Shown one piece after another: positions 41,719 through 51,084 of a stretch of DNA of 64,000 bases. A program made the translations under genes and the position numbers. The stretch spans positions 3,360,001-3,424,000 of the forward strand of contig OY762463.1 of the NCBI GenBank assembly GCA_963665815.1, read 5' to 3'. How positions within the stretch are numbered: the stretch's first letter is position 1; each line of letters starts with the position of its first letter. The notes under the pieces were generated by a model. It made no database searches, was not told the origin of the DNA, and was given only the letters and a program-made list of their open reading frames with translations. The DNA is from Candidatus Cloacimonadales bacterium. GTDB lineage: Bacteria > Cloacimonadota > Cloacimonadia > Cloacimonadales > JAIOQZ01.

Positions 41719-42300
41719 ATGTTTTTCAGAATAGCAAATTTATCTGTTGGATTGAGCGTTATGGCACTCTCAATATCCATAATCTATAACTTTATGAACA
41801 GCAGAGAACAGAAGGTGAATAAGGAAAAGAAGAGCGTTGTCGAAACAGGATCGATGTCCGCTTTTGCAGTTGCCATGTATTTTATTCTGATGTTCGGCAT
41901 AGGCAGATACAAGATAGAGAACCCTCTGCTTAACGTATCCATTGCTGTGGGCATGCTGTTTGTGCATGCCGGTTGTGTTGCAAATATTGTTGGCAGATTG
42001 AATCTTGGCAAAAACTGGGGTAACCACATAAGGATATATGATGATCATTCTTTTTCCAGAAAGGGAATGTACCGAATTGTCAGGCACCCGTTATATTCAT
42101 CGATAATCCTGATGTTCTTTGGTGCAGGCTTGATCTACTCTAACTATCTGTGTTTTTTAGCTACCACAGTAATTTTTATCCCTGCTATGTACTACAGGGC
42201 TAAACAGGAAGAAAATTTATTGAAAGAGAAGTTTTCTGAATACAGGCTGTATCAGAAAGAAGTTGGAATGCTGTTCCCAAAGGTAAGATTATGGAAATAA
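41719..42300 (+). CDS. Isoprenylcysteine carboxyl methyltransferase (ICMT/PEMT) family membrane protein
   Basis: LGKNW...H....GMYRIVRHPLY and R...EE..L...F..Y..Y...V..LFP motifs. Confidence 0.88.
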   Translation: MFFRIANLSVGLSVMALSISIIYNFMNSREQKVNKEKKSVVETGSMSAFAVAMYFILMFGIGRYKIENPLLNVSIAVGMLFVHAGCVANIVGRLNLGKNWGNHIRIYDDHSFSRKGMYRIVRHPLYSSIILMFFGAGLIYSNYLCFLATTVIFIPAMYYRAKQEENLLKEKFSEYRLYQKEVGMLFPKVRLWK

Positions 42301-42713
42301 ACAAGTATGCTTTAAAATTCTGCAAATTCGGTGTAGCTATAATGCTCTGGTTAGCTTTTATCCTGAAGGTGAAACTGTTAATAAGTGTCGTGTTCGTTAT
42401 TTTTGTGCTTTCAGCTTTGCTGAAGATTAGCAGAGCTCCTATGATTCTGCTGTATAATTACACTGTTGGTTTACTTATAAAATCACCGAAAGTTATAGTC
42501 AATGCTGAGGCAATGAGATTTGTTCATACTCTTGCATCATGTTTCAGCGGGATATGTCTTCTACTTGTCAATTTGAACTTGCGTTTTGCCTGGAGTGTTG
42601 TGTTGATTTTTGCCATCATGAAGACTGTCAGTTCACTGGGATTTTGTCCGGGAGAAAAGATTTACTCCTGTGTAAAAGGTGGTTGCTGCTCTGTAAGGAA
42701 ATCGGATGATTGA
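42291..42713 (+). CDS. DUF4395-like membrane protein
   Basis: Four hydrophobic segments, A.RF, GFCPGEKIY (GFCxGxxxY), Cys-rich tail. Confidence 0.65.
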   Translation: MEINKYALKFCKFGVAIMLWLAFILKVKLLISVVFVIFVLSALLKISRAPMILLYNYTVGLLIKSPKVIVNAEAMRFVHTLASCFSGICLLLVNLNLRFAWSVVLIFAIMKTVSSLGFCPGEKIYSCVKGGCCSVRKSDD

Positions 42714-43479
42714 CAGCCACAACCATCCTGAAAACTGGGGAATAAAACCTTATCTGCTTGAAATCGGTAAATTCAGGCTGGGCTCTTATGAGGTGTTTGT
42801 TTCACTGGGCATAATTGTCGGATTTATTGTATACAAGCATCTTTCTGCACAAGACAAGAAGATGAGCGATAACTCTTTTATTGTGCTGATTGCAGCGTTT
42901 ATTGGAGGAGTACTGGGAGCAAAACTACCCATCTGGATTATGCATTTCCGGGAGATAGTTCAGGCATTACCGGATATAAGACCAATTCTGGCAGGCAGGA
43001 CTATTACCGGAGGATTGGTTGGCGGAACTCTCGCAGTAATTTTTACAAAACGCAAACTGGGGATTAAGGAGAAGAAAGGCAATTTCTTTGCTCCGGCTAT
43101 AGCAATCGGTGTGGCAATAGGGAGAGTGGGCTGTCTTTTACGAGGCTGCTGCTATGGTCATGAGACATGTCTTCCTTGGGGAATTGAGCTTGGTGATGGT
43201 GTTATGCGTCATCCAACCCAGATTTATGAGATTATCTTTATGCTGATAATGTTTGCAGTACTGATGAAGCTTCGTAAGAAAGCAAAACCCGGATTTCTTT
43301 TCTATCTGCTTATGACCTCATATTTCTCATTCAGATTTATTGAGGAATATCTGCGGGAGAGTGTCTACTATTACGGTTTCACATTATTCCAGTATATATC
43401 TGTCGGAGCATTGCTGTTTATTAATGTAAAGTATATTCTTGAAAAGAAGAGGAGAGAGTGTGTCAAAGAAAATGAGTGA
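42706..43479 (+). CDS. Prolipoprotein diacylglyceryl transferase (Lgt) family paralog
   Basis: GGLVGG, GRVGCLLRGCCYG, PWG, RHPTQIYE, YFSFRFIEEYLR. Confidence 0.88.
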   Translation: MIDSHNHPENWGIKPYLLEIGKFRLGSYEVFVSLGIIVGFIVYKHLSAQDKKMSDNSFIVLIAAFIGGVLGAKLPIWIMHFREIVQALPDIRPILAGRTITGGLVGGTLAVIFTKRKLGIKEKKGNFFAPAIAIGVAIGRVGCLLRGCCYGHETCLPWGIELGDGVMRHPTQIYEIIFMLIMFAVLMKLRKKAKPGFLFYLLMTSYFSFRFIEEYLRESVYYYGFTLFQYISVGALLFINVKYILEKKRRECVKENE

Positions 43480-43711
43480 AGGCAAAGAGTTCAAGATTGG
43501 GTCATTCATAGGAATTATGGCACTATTTATCATGATGATGGTTTCAATATCAGGTTTTCTGATATGGTTAATATTATATGATATCGTTCTGATATTTGTC
43601 GGACTTCTGATCTATAAATCCGGAAAGATGAAGATGTTTTTTTCATATTGCCTGTTCGTCATACCGGGATTTATTTTCCACGGATCATGCTTCGGCGGAG
43701 TGAATTTTTAG
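43460..43711 (+). CDS. Small 3-TM protein with C-terminal GSC motif (paralog 1)
   Basis: GAGGAG RBS before the GTG at 43460. Ends ...FIFHGSCFGGVNF. Confidence 0.7.
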   Translation: MSKKMSEGKEFKIGSFIGIMALFIMMMVSISGFLIWLILYDIVLIFVGLLIYKSGKMKMFFSYCLFVIPGFIFHGSCFGGVNF

Positions 43712-43761
43712 TGAATTGATTTTACAATAACTGATTATAAAATGTATAAGGAGAAAATATT

Positions 43762-44046
43762 ATGAACTCAAAAAGAAAACAGTTTTTTAAGGGTCTACTT
43801 ATTGGATTGCTGTTATTGATAACTTTTTTTGTTATATTCATAATGTTTGGTTTTCCAAATGGCTTTGATGATGGTTCCGCTTCCTATCCACTTATAATTA
43901 TTATGGGCTTAGTTTATGCATCATTATGTGTATTCTTCTGGCTTCGAGGAAAAAATCGTGCGCTGTTTTATGGATTTATTTCAGCAGTTGCTGTGTTTGC
44001 TTTGATTTTTGGAGCTTGTACTTTCACCTGGATATACACATTGTAG
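43762..44046 (+). CDS. Small 3-TM protein with C-terminal GAC motif (paralog 2)
   Basis: AAGGAG RBS. Ends ...ALIFGACTFTWIYTL. Confidence 0.8.
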   Translation: MNSKRKQFFKGLLIGLLLLITFFVIFIMFGFPNGFDDGSASYPLIIIMGLVYASLCVFFWLRGKNRALFYGFISAVAVFALIFGACTFTWIYTL

Positions 44047-44070
44047 GATTAAGAACCCAAAGGAGTTTAT

Positions 44071-44394
44071 ATGGATAAACAACAGGATTTTTCTTTTAAA
44101 GAAAACAAAACCGACAGAAAATTCAAAGATGTCATTATTGGTGCATTAATCGGAGTTGTGCTGATTGCATTAATATTTATCATTGCAATACCGCAAACAT
44201 ACTCATCAGTAGTATCAAATGTTTTTTTTGCATACACAATTTATGCTTTAGCAATATTAGTAGTTCTGGGTATTGTTTATATTAGTATTAGAAAGAAGCA
44301 GTATTTTTTGCTTTTAGGTTTGATACTAAGTCCATTACTAGCTCTGATTCTGGTAGGTGCATGTTTTGTTGCTGTCATGGGTAGTGCGGGATAA
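44071..44394 (+). CDS. Small 3-TM protein with C-terminal GAC motif (paralog 3)
   Basis: AAGGAG RBS. Ends ...LILVGACFVAVMGSAG. Confidence 0.8.
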   Translation: MDKQQDFSFKENKTDRKFKDVIIGALIGVVLIALIFIIAIPQTYSSVVSNVFFAYTIYALAILVVLGIVYISIRKKQYFLLLGLILSPLLALILVGACFVAVMGSAG

Positions 44395-44434
44395 ATAGTG
44401 TTGAATATTGTAATCTCAGTTGTAGTATGATACA

Positions 44435-45913
44435 CTAAACAAGATTATCAGTATCTTCTTTTAATTTCCTTCTGTTGACCTCCGGGTAAAGCTTGGCTGC
44501 ACATTCCGGGCAGATACCATGTGAAAACTGAACATCAGGCAGTCTTTCAGTGATGTAATCTGCAGGTTTCATCCATGGTTTGCCATCTTTGCTTTTGTCT
44601 TTGATAGAGTGGCAGCTTGCACACATTGTTATGAGGTTTCCTAATGCGTGACTTTGCTGTATGTTTGTTCTCATTATTTCCAGAAATTCCTTCTGTCTTG
44701 TTATATCCCGAATAATACAAAAATATGCTTTGAGACCATTAAAGTCCCCAACGTTTTCACTGATATGAGTAATAATTATACTGCCGTCTTTTTTTCTTAA
44801 CTCTACTTCATATTGATAGTTTAAATTGCCTGATCTTTCATTCTCCTCAATAATCTTTCGCACCTTTTCTTTTTCCTTTTCAGGAAGGAATTTCTTTCCG
44901 TCAATTTTTAACAAATTATCTACTGAATATCCCAATAATATAGCTGATGCATCATTTGCAAATATAAATTTCCCGTTCTGTCTGATAACTATAGCTTCAT
45001 TGGATCTTTCCATCATCCATCTATATTTCTTTTCCTGTTCAAAAGTCCTTTTCATATACATGAATTTGTCTCTTTTGTAAATAGTTGAAACAATGAACAG
45101 GATCAACAGGATTAACAGCGATATTGTTATGATCTGCTCTTTCAGAAAAATTTGATAATCAGAGAACATATTTTTCTCGGAAGAAGAGAATTTCAGATAT
45201 ATTTTTGAATGTTCTGATTTTATTAAATACGATACCAGACCGTTATTAAGGGACAAAAAGCTGCCTATATTATTATGTTTATTTAAATCAGATAATTTAA
45301 GTATTTCAAGTTGAACTGTTGGTTCTGATATTTCTTTAAGTACTTTTTCATTATTGTAATAAATGACATCATGTCCGAGAAGTTCTCCATTTTTCTTTAT
45401 TGGACTGATTACATACATAATAGAAAGCTTATCAGTATTGAAATAGTACAATGTCGTAGATGTACAACAGGTATCAACTTTTGCCGGATGTAACATGTAT
45501 ATGTCTTTGTCACCTGTTTCTACAAGAACGTTGTTTTTAATCTCTCGCCGGGCATAAACAAAGCATTCCAGGGCTTCAACTCCTTCTCTATATTTAGGGA
45601 ATGTATAATCTCTAAGTTGTTCAAAACTGAGTTCACCAAGGTAAAAATCAGCTATTTTATTCCTGATCATGGATCTGCTGCTCATACTCCTGGATCCCTG
45701 GATATACTGAGATACTGTATTGTCGAAAATAACAGCTTTTGTTTTCAGCTTTGAAATATACTCTTTTATTATCTGTTCCCTGATAACCTCTTGAGATGGT
45801 TTAAAAAGAAACAGGTAGTAAGTCATGAAAATCATACCGGATAAAATAATGATAATCAAAGCTATAATGTATTTATTGGGTCTCAAATCGTAGAAATCTG
45901 AAAAAAAACTCAT
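44435..45913 (-). CDS. Membrane sensor: TM, extracytoplasmic domain, TM, PAS, then a CxxC...SHGICxxC domain
   Basis: Two TM segments, PAS (..RKKDGS..IRDIT), terminal MCASCHSIK...W...FSHGICPEC. Confidence 0.8.
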   Translation of the reverse strand: MSFFSDFYDLRPNKYIIALIIIILSGMIFMTYYLFLFKPSQEVIREQIIKEYISKLKTKAVIFDNTVSQYIQGSRSMSSRSMIRNKIADFYLGELSFEQLRDYTFPKYREGVEALECFVYARREIKNNVLVETGDKDIYMLHPAKVDTCCTSTTLYYFNTDKLSIMYVISPIKKNGELLGHDVIYYNNEKVLKEISEPTVQLEILKLSDLNKHNNIGSFLSLNNGLVSYLIKSEHSKIYLKFSSSEKNMFSDYQIFLKEQIITISLLILLILFIVSTIYKRDKFMYMKRTFEQEKKYRWMMERSNEAIVIRQNGKFIFANDASAILLGYSVDNLLKIDGKKFLPEKEKEKVRKIIEENERSGNLNYQYEVELRKKDGSIIITHISENVGDFNGLKAYFCIIRDITRQKEFLEIMRTNIQQSHALGNLITMCASCHSIKDKSKDGKPWMKPADYITERLPDVQFSHGICPECAAKLYPEVNRRKLKEDTDNLV

Positions 45914-46097
45914 GGCTGATCCTGCAATATTTTTAGAAAAACTAAGTAAATTGTCAGTTAATACAATGATTTTATGCTATTTGAGGAAAAAACGTTGAGT
46001 TTGAAAAATGATTATATCAGTTGTTTTTAAAAACATGTTGTCAGATATTGCAGGATAATCTATTTCTACATATTACATTATGTAATGAGGAGATTTA

Positions 46098-46568
46098 ATG
46101 AAATATCTGTGCTCTTTAATAGCTGTTGAAAATATCGAACGCTCAAGAAAGTTCTATGAAAGTATTATGGGAATGAAGGTTGAAGAAGATTATGGAGAGA
46201 ATGTTGTTTTTGAGGATAGTTTTTCCATTCATGACAGAAAGCACTTCCGTGAGTTGATCAACGGTAAAGAAATCCTGCACAAATCAAACAGTTTTGAGCT
46301 ATACTTTGAGGAAAATAAAGTAAACGACCTTTTCAATAAGCTGAAAGACAATCATGTTGAGTTTATTCATGAGCCGAGAGAACAGCCCTGGAGACAACTT
46401 GTCATGAGATTTTACGATCCGGATGGTCATATAATAGAAGTGGGGGAGTCATTGGAATATCTGGCTGTACGGCTTCACAAGGAAGGATTGGATATAGATG
46501 AGATTTGTCGAATCACATATTTCGACAGCGCAAAAGTAGCAGCATTAATAAGAGAAAATAACACCTGA
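46098..46568 (+). CDS. VOC/glyoxalase family protein
   Basis: V.NIERSRKFY, ELYFE, EQPWRQ..RFYDPDGHIIEVGE. Confidence 0.9.
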   Translation: MKYLCSLIAVENIERSRKFYESIMGMKVEEDYGENVVFEDSFSIHDRKHFRELINGKEILHKSNSFELYFEENKVNDLFNKLKDNHVEFIHEPREQPWRQLVMRFYDPDGHIIEVGESLEYLAVRLHKEGLDIDEICRITYFDSAKVAALIRENNT

Positions 46569-46649
46569 TACAGATAATTCAATTTCCTGCTTGACGAAAA
46601 CAATCCTCAGATTATTATATATGGTTAATTTGGATTTAAAGGAGTTGTT

Positions 46650-47798
46650 GTGAATTATCCACAATATGAGAATAACAGTATCATTAATCTTGTGAGTTCT
46701 CTGGTAAAGTCAATGGGCGGAAGCCTGCACACAGGTGAACTGAAACATTTTGATGTTGAAACCCTGAGGAAGAAGAAGAATATTGTATTCATTATTCTGG
46801 ATGGAATGGGATACAATCAGCTTAAAGCTCTTGAAAAAGCTGAGTTTCTGAATAGCAATATAAAGCAAAGAATCACTTCTGTTTTCCCGACAACTACTGC
46901 AGCAGCAATTACAAGTTTTGTCAGTGGTATTGCACCTCTGGAACATGCCGTAACCGGCTGGTACATGTACATGAGAGAACTTGGAGCAGCTTCTCTTGCC
47001 TTACCATTCAGTCCAAGATATGTGTTCGAAGAATACAATATTCCGGGAGATGTAGTATACAATTTCAACAGTGTTTTCCCACAGATTGAAAGAACTTCTT
47101 ATTATATCAGTCCCGAAAAAATTATTAATTCGGTATTTTCATCAATTGCCTGTGCTGATTCTGTGAAGATGGGATATAATGATCTGGATGAGTTTTTCGA
47201 TAATATTCATAAAGCGGTTGATATATCTGATGAGGATAAATTTGTTTATGCTTACTGGTCATATTATGATAAACTATGCCACCAGACAGGAACCGAATCA
47301 GAAGAATCTACTTCTCATCTGCTTGATCTCAACAATAGAATAGAAAATCTGGTTAATAGTTTTGAAGGTAAAGATTACCAGATAATTGTTACTGCTGATC
47401 ATGGGCATATTAATGTTGAGCAGAAAAAAAAGATTTTTCTTTCTGACCATCCTGAGCTGCATAAGTGCCTTATCCTGCCTTTGTGCGGGGAACCAAGAGC
47501 TCCTTACTTCTATGTGAAATCTGATTGTGTTGAAAAATTCAAAAGCTATGTTGATGAAAATTTTAGTGATCGAATTGATTTGATATCCAGAAAATCTGCA
47601 ATAGAATCAGGTATTTTCGGAATTGCCGAAAGGAATCCTAAATTTGATGACAGGGTTGGCGACTATATAGGATTATTCAAGGATAATTCAATTTTATGTG
47701 ATGCTGTTTATGGTGAGCAGATACCTGACTTTATAGGCTATCATGGGGGATTATCCGAAAATGAAATGTTTGTTCCGTTAATCACAATAAAAAATTAA
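46650..47798 (+). CDS. Alkaline phosphatase superfamily (nucleotide pyrophosphatase/phosphodiesterase) protein
   Basis: ILDGMG, SVFPTTT, YDKLCH, TADHGH, GYHGGLS..EM.VP. Confidence 0.88.
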   Translation: MNYPQYENNSIINLVSSLVKSMGGSLHTGELKHFDVETLRKKKNIVFIILDGMGYNQLKALEKAEFLNSNIKQRITSVFPTTTAAAITSFVSGIAPLEHAVTGWYMYMRELGAASLALPFSPRYVFEEYNIPGDVVYNFNSVFPQIERTSYYISPEKIINSVFSSIACADSVKMGYNDLDEFFDNIHKAVDISDEDKFVYAYWSYYDKLCHQTGTESEESTSHLLDLNNRIENLVNSFEGKDYQIIVTADHGHINVEQKKKIFLSDHPELHKCLILPLCGEPRAPYFYVKSDCVEKFKSYVDENFSDRIDLISRKSAIESGIFGIAERNPKFDDRVGDYIGLFKDNSILCDAVYGEQIPDFIGYHGGLSENEMFVPLITIKN

Positions 47799-47957
47799 GA
47801 TGTTTCATTAAAGAAATTTATTGTTATACTGATGTCTTCTGATCTTCAGAGAGTGAACATATTTTCGAGTTTACATTAGCAATCTGAGACTTATATTTTC
47901 TAATATATTTAGATAAATGATATGTCATTTTAAGAAAACTTAATTCTGGAGATTATC

Positions 47958-49163
47958 TTGAAAATTCTGATCATTCTTTTATTTTTTTCGTTTTCTCCAA
48001 TGATGAACGGCCAACCAATTATTCTTAATACTGAACTTGCTGCACCATATCAGGTAATGGAAGGAGAAACACTATCTGGTAAATCCATAAAGACTGTAAA
48101 TTGCGTTTTATCTAAGCTTGATTATGAATTTGAGATGCAGGTTGTGACGTGGAAAAGAGCAATGATGAATGTTAAGTCTAATAGATCGAATGGTTTATTC
48201 GCATCAATGAATACTCCTGATTTAGATGATATTGCGGATATTTCTGCTCCAATAATCCTTGAAAAATGGTATTTTTTTACACTGAAAAAAGGGGAGCGTG
48301 TTGATGTTGGTGACAAGATGAGATCACGTGTTGGGACTATTTTTGGGAGTAATCAGTATACATGGCTGGAAGAAAACGGTTATACTAACATTCAGGGTGT
48401 AGAAACTTTTGCCCAATTGTTTAAATTAATGGAAATTGAAAGAATCGATGCTGTGCTCGCTGATTCTAAGACATTCTACAACGAAATGAAAGAAGCCGAA
48501 TACCCAGATGAATATGTTTATAATTTCTGTAAATATACACCACTTGGTGTTTACTTCTCAAAGGTTTTTCTCAATAAGAATCCTGAATTCCTCATGAAAT
48601 TTAACGAAACAATTGCCGTTTGTTCTCCGGAAGTCAGCGAACTAACAAATGAAGAAAAAGAAAAACTGAAACAGCTTATCAGGGATGTTATTTCTGTCTG
48701 GAAAGAAAACCAAGTGATTAAATCCGGGACAAAAGCAGGAAATCTAAAGCATAAGAATATAAGCTTGAGCAATGTCAGTGAACTGGAAAGTATCTGGAGA
48801 AGTGAAATACAAAATGGGGAAAGACCATTGATAGACTCTATTCTGAATAATGATTTGTCTGAATATCTTCGGGAAATTCAAGAAAAATCTGAGGGTCTTT
48901 TCACCGAGATTTTTGTGATGGATAACAAAGGACTTGTTGTTGGAATGTGCACTGTGACGTCTGATTACTGGCAGGGTGATGAAGAAAAGTTCACACGTGC
49001 CAGAGCAAAAGATTTATTCATTGATGACATTGATTATGACAGCTCAGTACAGAAGTTTCAGTCCCAGATCAATATAGCTCTGAAAGATGATAATTCTAAT
49101 GAAACTATTGGAGTTATCACAGTTGGGGTTGATCTGGAAAAAGCTCTTCGAGCGGTAGAGTAA
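47958..49163 (+). CDS. Family-3 substrate-binding domain fused to a PDC/Cache-like domain
   Basis: Signal peptide, APY...WKRA...RIDA pattern of family-3 SBPs, C-terminal EIFVMDNKG...TSDYWQGDEEK...GVITVG. Confidence 0.7.
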   Translation: MKILIILLFFSFSPMMNGQPIILNTELAAPYQVMEGETLSGKSIKTVNCVLSKLDYEFEMQVVTWKRAMMNVKSNRSNGLFASMNTPDLDDIADISAPIILEKWYFFTLKKGERVDVGDKMRSRVGTIFGSNQYTWLEENGYTNIQGVETFAQLFKLMEIERIDAVLADSKTFYNEMKEAEYPDEYVYNFCKYTPLGVYFSKVFLNKNPEFLMKFNETIAVCSPEVSELTNEEKEKLKQLIRDVISVWKENQVIKSGTKAGNLKHKNISLSNVSELESIWRSEIQNGERPLIDSILNNDLSEYLREIQEKSEGLFTEIFVMDNKGLVVGMCTVTSDYWQGDEEKFTRARAKDLFIDDIDYDSSVQKFQSQINIALKDDNSNETIGVITVGVDLEKALRAVE

Positions 49164-49172
49164 TAGATAGTG

Positions 49173-50396
49173 CTATTCAGATGCATCGGTTTTATTCAAT
49201 GGGACAAAGTTCTTTTTTTGTATTTCAACTCTCTTAGTGATTTTCTCAGAATCCAGATTATATATAATAAATGAATTACCATCGTAAGAAAGCCCTAAAA
49301 GATCTTTGTCATTGTTAAAGACAATGAATGAATCGAAAATTTGTTTGTTAAAGCTTCTGAATTTTCTGCCGTCAATAGAATCTGCTATGTATGTGCCTTT
49401 TCCAGTCTCGCAATTAGCCTGCCAGATACCTGTAAAATCATTCATTGATTTAACAAGAATCGCATCTCTGTTTTTCAGAATCGCAATTCTCTGATACCAT
49501 GGCCTCCACTTTTTCTTTTTTGGGTTTTCCCAATCTATATTGACTTGAGTAATTTTGCCGGTCTCAAGATTTAGATACAGATACCCTCCATATGGTTCTC
49601 TACGCTCAATATTCAGGTTATTGAAACGGTCAAGGATGGGGATTTTTGCCTTATCGTAAGTATGAAAGAAAATGTTGGGAATGGTGGGTTCGTATTTCTC
49701 TTCCGACTCAAACCACTCAATAGGTTTAAGAATCAAACTTGATTTGTCCTGTGAGATTCCAAGGATTTTCACACCATCGAAATATACATTGGAAATTTTA
49801 CGGATTTCTCCCGATAAAAGATCTCTCTCGTATATGTCAAGATAAGGATATCTGTAGTTTTTCAGATCAAGCGTGTCCTTGTTAACGGATGAATCTACAA
49901 AAAAGATTTTTCTGTCATCAAGAGAAAAAAAGTGATCTTCGAGCTCAAAATGATAATCACCAGATAAGTCTATGAATTTCTTCGATTCTATATCATATAA
50001 ATCTATTTTTTTAAAAAAACTACCTGTACAAGTTTTGAATGCCAGAAACTTTTCATTATTTGATAAAACAGGATCATATTGCAGCATTTCAGTATTAACC
50101 AGCTCATAAAACAATGTGTCATTTAGATTTATACTACAGATAGACAAGTCCTCATTATTCATCAAAGTAAAGTAGATAGTGCCATCAGAAGAAATATCGA
50201 ACCATTCAGGGAATGCTTTAAAATTACCTGATTTACTTCTCCAACCGAACGAGCCGGCATGGACAATCTTGTGATACAGGTAGCATCCTGAAATATTTAG
50301 AAGTATAAGCAGTAGAATCATTAAGATAACTGATTTGATAAACATTGCTTTGCTATTTTTTAATAAAGTAAAAATTTCCCCCATAAAAAACCTCAT
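49173..50396 (-). CDS. TolB-like beta-propeller lipoprotein (hypothetical)
   Basis: Hydrophobic N-terminus ending ISGC, repeated S.DG..I.F blades. Confidence 0.55.
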   Translation of the reverse strand: MRFFMGEIFTLLKNSKAMFIKSVILMILLLILLNISGCYLYHKIVHAGSFGWRSKSGNFKAFPEWFDISSDGTIYFTLMNNEDLSICSINLNDTLFYELVNTEMLQYDPVLSNNEKFLAFKTCTGSFFKKIDLYDIESKKFIDLSGDYHFELEDHFFSLDDRKIFFVDSSVNKDTLDLKNYRYPYLDIYERDLLSGEIRKISNVYFDGVKILGISQDKSSLILKPIEWFESEEKYEPTIPNIFFHTYDKAKIPILDRFNNLNIERREPYGGYLYLNLETGKITQVNIDWENPKKKKWRPWYQRIAILKNRDAILVKSMNDFTGIWQANCETGKGTYIADSIDGRKFRSFNKQIFDSFIVFNNDKDLLGLSYDGNSFIIYNLDSEKITKRVEIQKKNFVPLNKTDASE

Positions 50397-50441
50397 CTAT
50401 TTATTGAATAAATACTAGTATAAAGGGAAATTTATGTCAAT

Positions 50442-50470
50442 AAAAAAGCCCGAAGCATAACTCCGGGCTC
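50442..50470 (-). terminator. Rho-independent terminator
   Basis: Minus strand GAGCCCGGAG-TTATG-CTTCGGGCTTTTTT. Confidence 0.8.
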
Positions 50471-50488
50471 ATAAAAAAAATATATTGT

Positions 50489-50956
50489 TTAGCAAAGTTT
50501 AAGAACTTCGCTGAGTTTTCTGATTTCTTCCTGATGAATATCTATAAGGTTAACAAGGATTTCTTTGAGAGATTCTGTGTTGCCGTTCTGGAAAGATACA
50601 ACTGCATGCTTCTTGTAGCCAAGTTCGTTTTCCTTGTCTTGATCTATCAGTCCGATATACTCGTAGTACTTTTCAGAATCAGGGAGTTTGATTATTTTAG
50701 CCATAATTGGGGCAGCATCTTCTTCATCTTCAACAAAAAGCTTATTGTTTATTGGCATACGAACAACATCTTTTGTCCATTTTCCACCGTCCCAGTATCC
50801 GGTATAACATTCACAGTCCATCAATCCGTCTTTATATACATCTACTGAAAGACCGAAATTATTGGGAAATCTGTAAATATATCTGATCTTCTTGACCATT
50901 TCAGTTTCTTTAACAAGATATTGCTGGTATTCTTTTAATGGCATTATATTCCTCAT
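50489..50956 (-). CDS. Hypothetical protein
   Basis: Open frame followed by a terminator. Y.FPNNFGLSV motif. Confidence 0.7.
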   Translation of the reverse strand: MRNIMPLKEYQQYLVKETEMVKKIRYIYRFPNNFGLSVDVYKDGLMDCECYTGYWDGGKWTKDVVRMPINNKLFVEDEEDAAPIMAKIIKLPDSEKYYEYIGLIDQDKENELGYKKHAVVSFQNGNTESLKEILVNLIDIHQEEIRKLSEVLKLC

Positions 50957-51084
50957 TACGTTTCTTTATTGAACAATTATAATAGAAACATCTTTTTTGT
51001 CAATGGACTTTATTGTTTAGGGGTGTAAATTTTAAGATTTTTAACTTGATAAAAAAATGTCGATTTGAAAAACTTCGATTTCTA

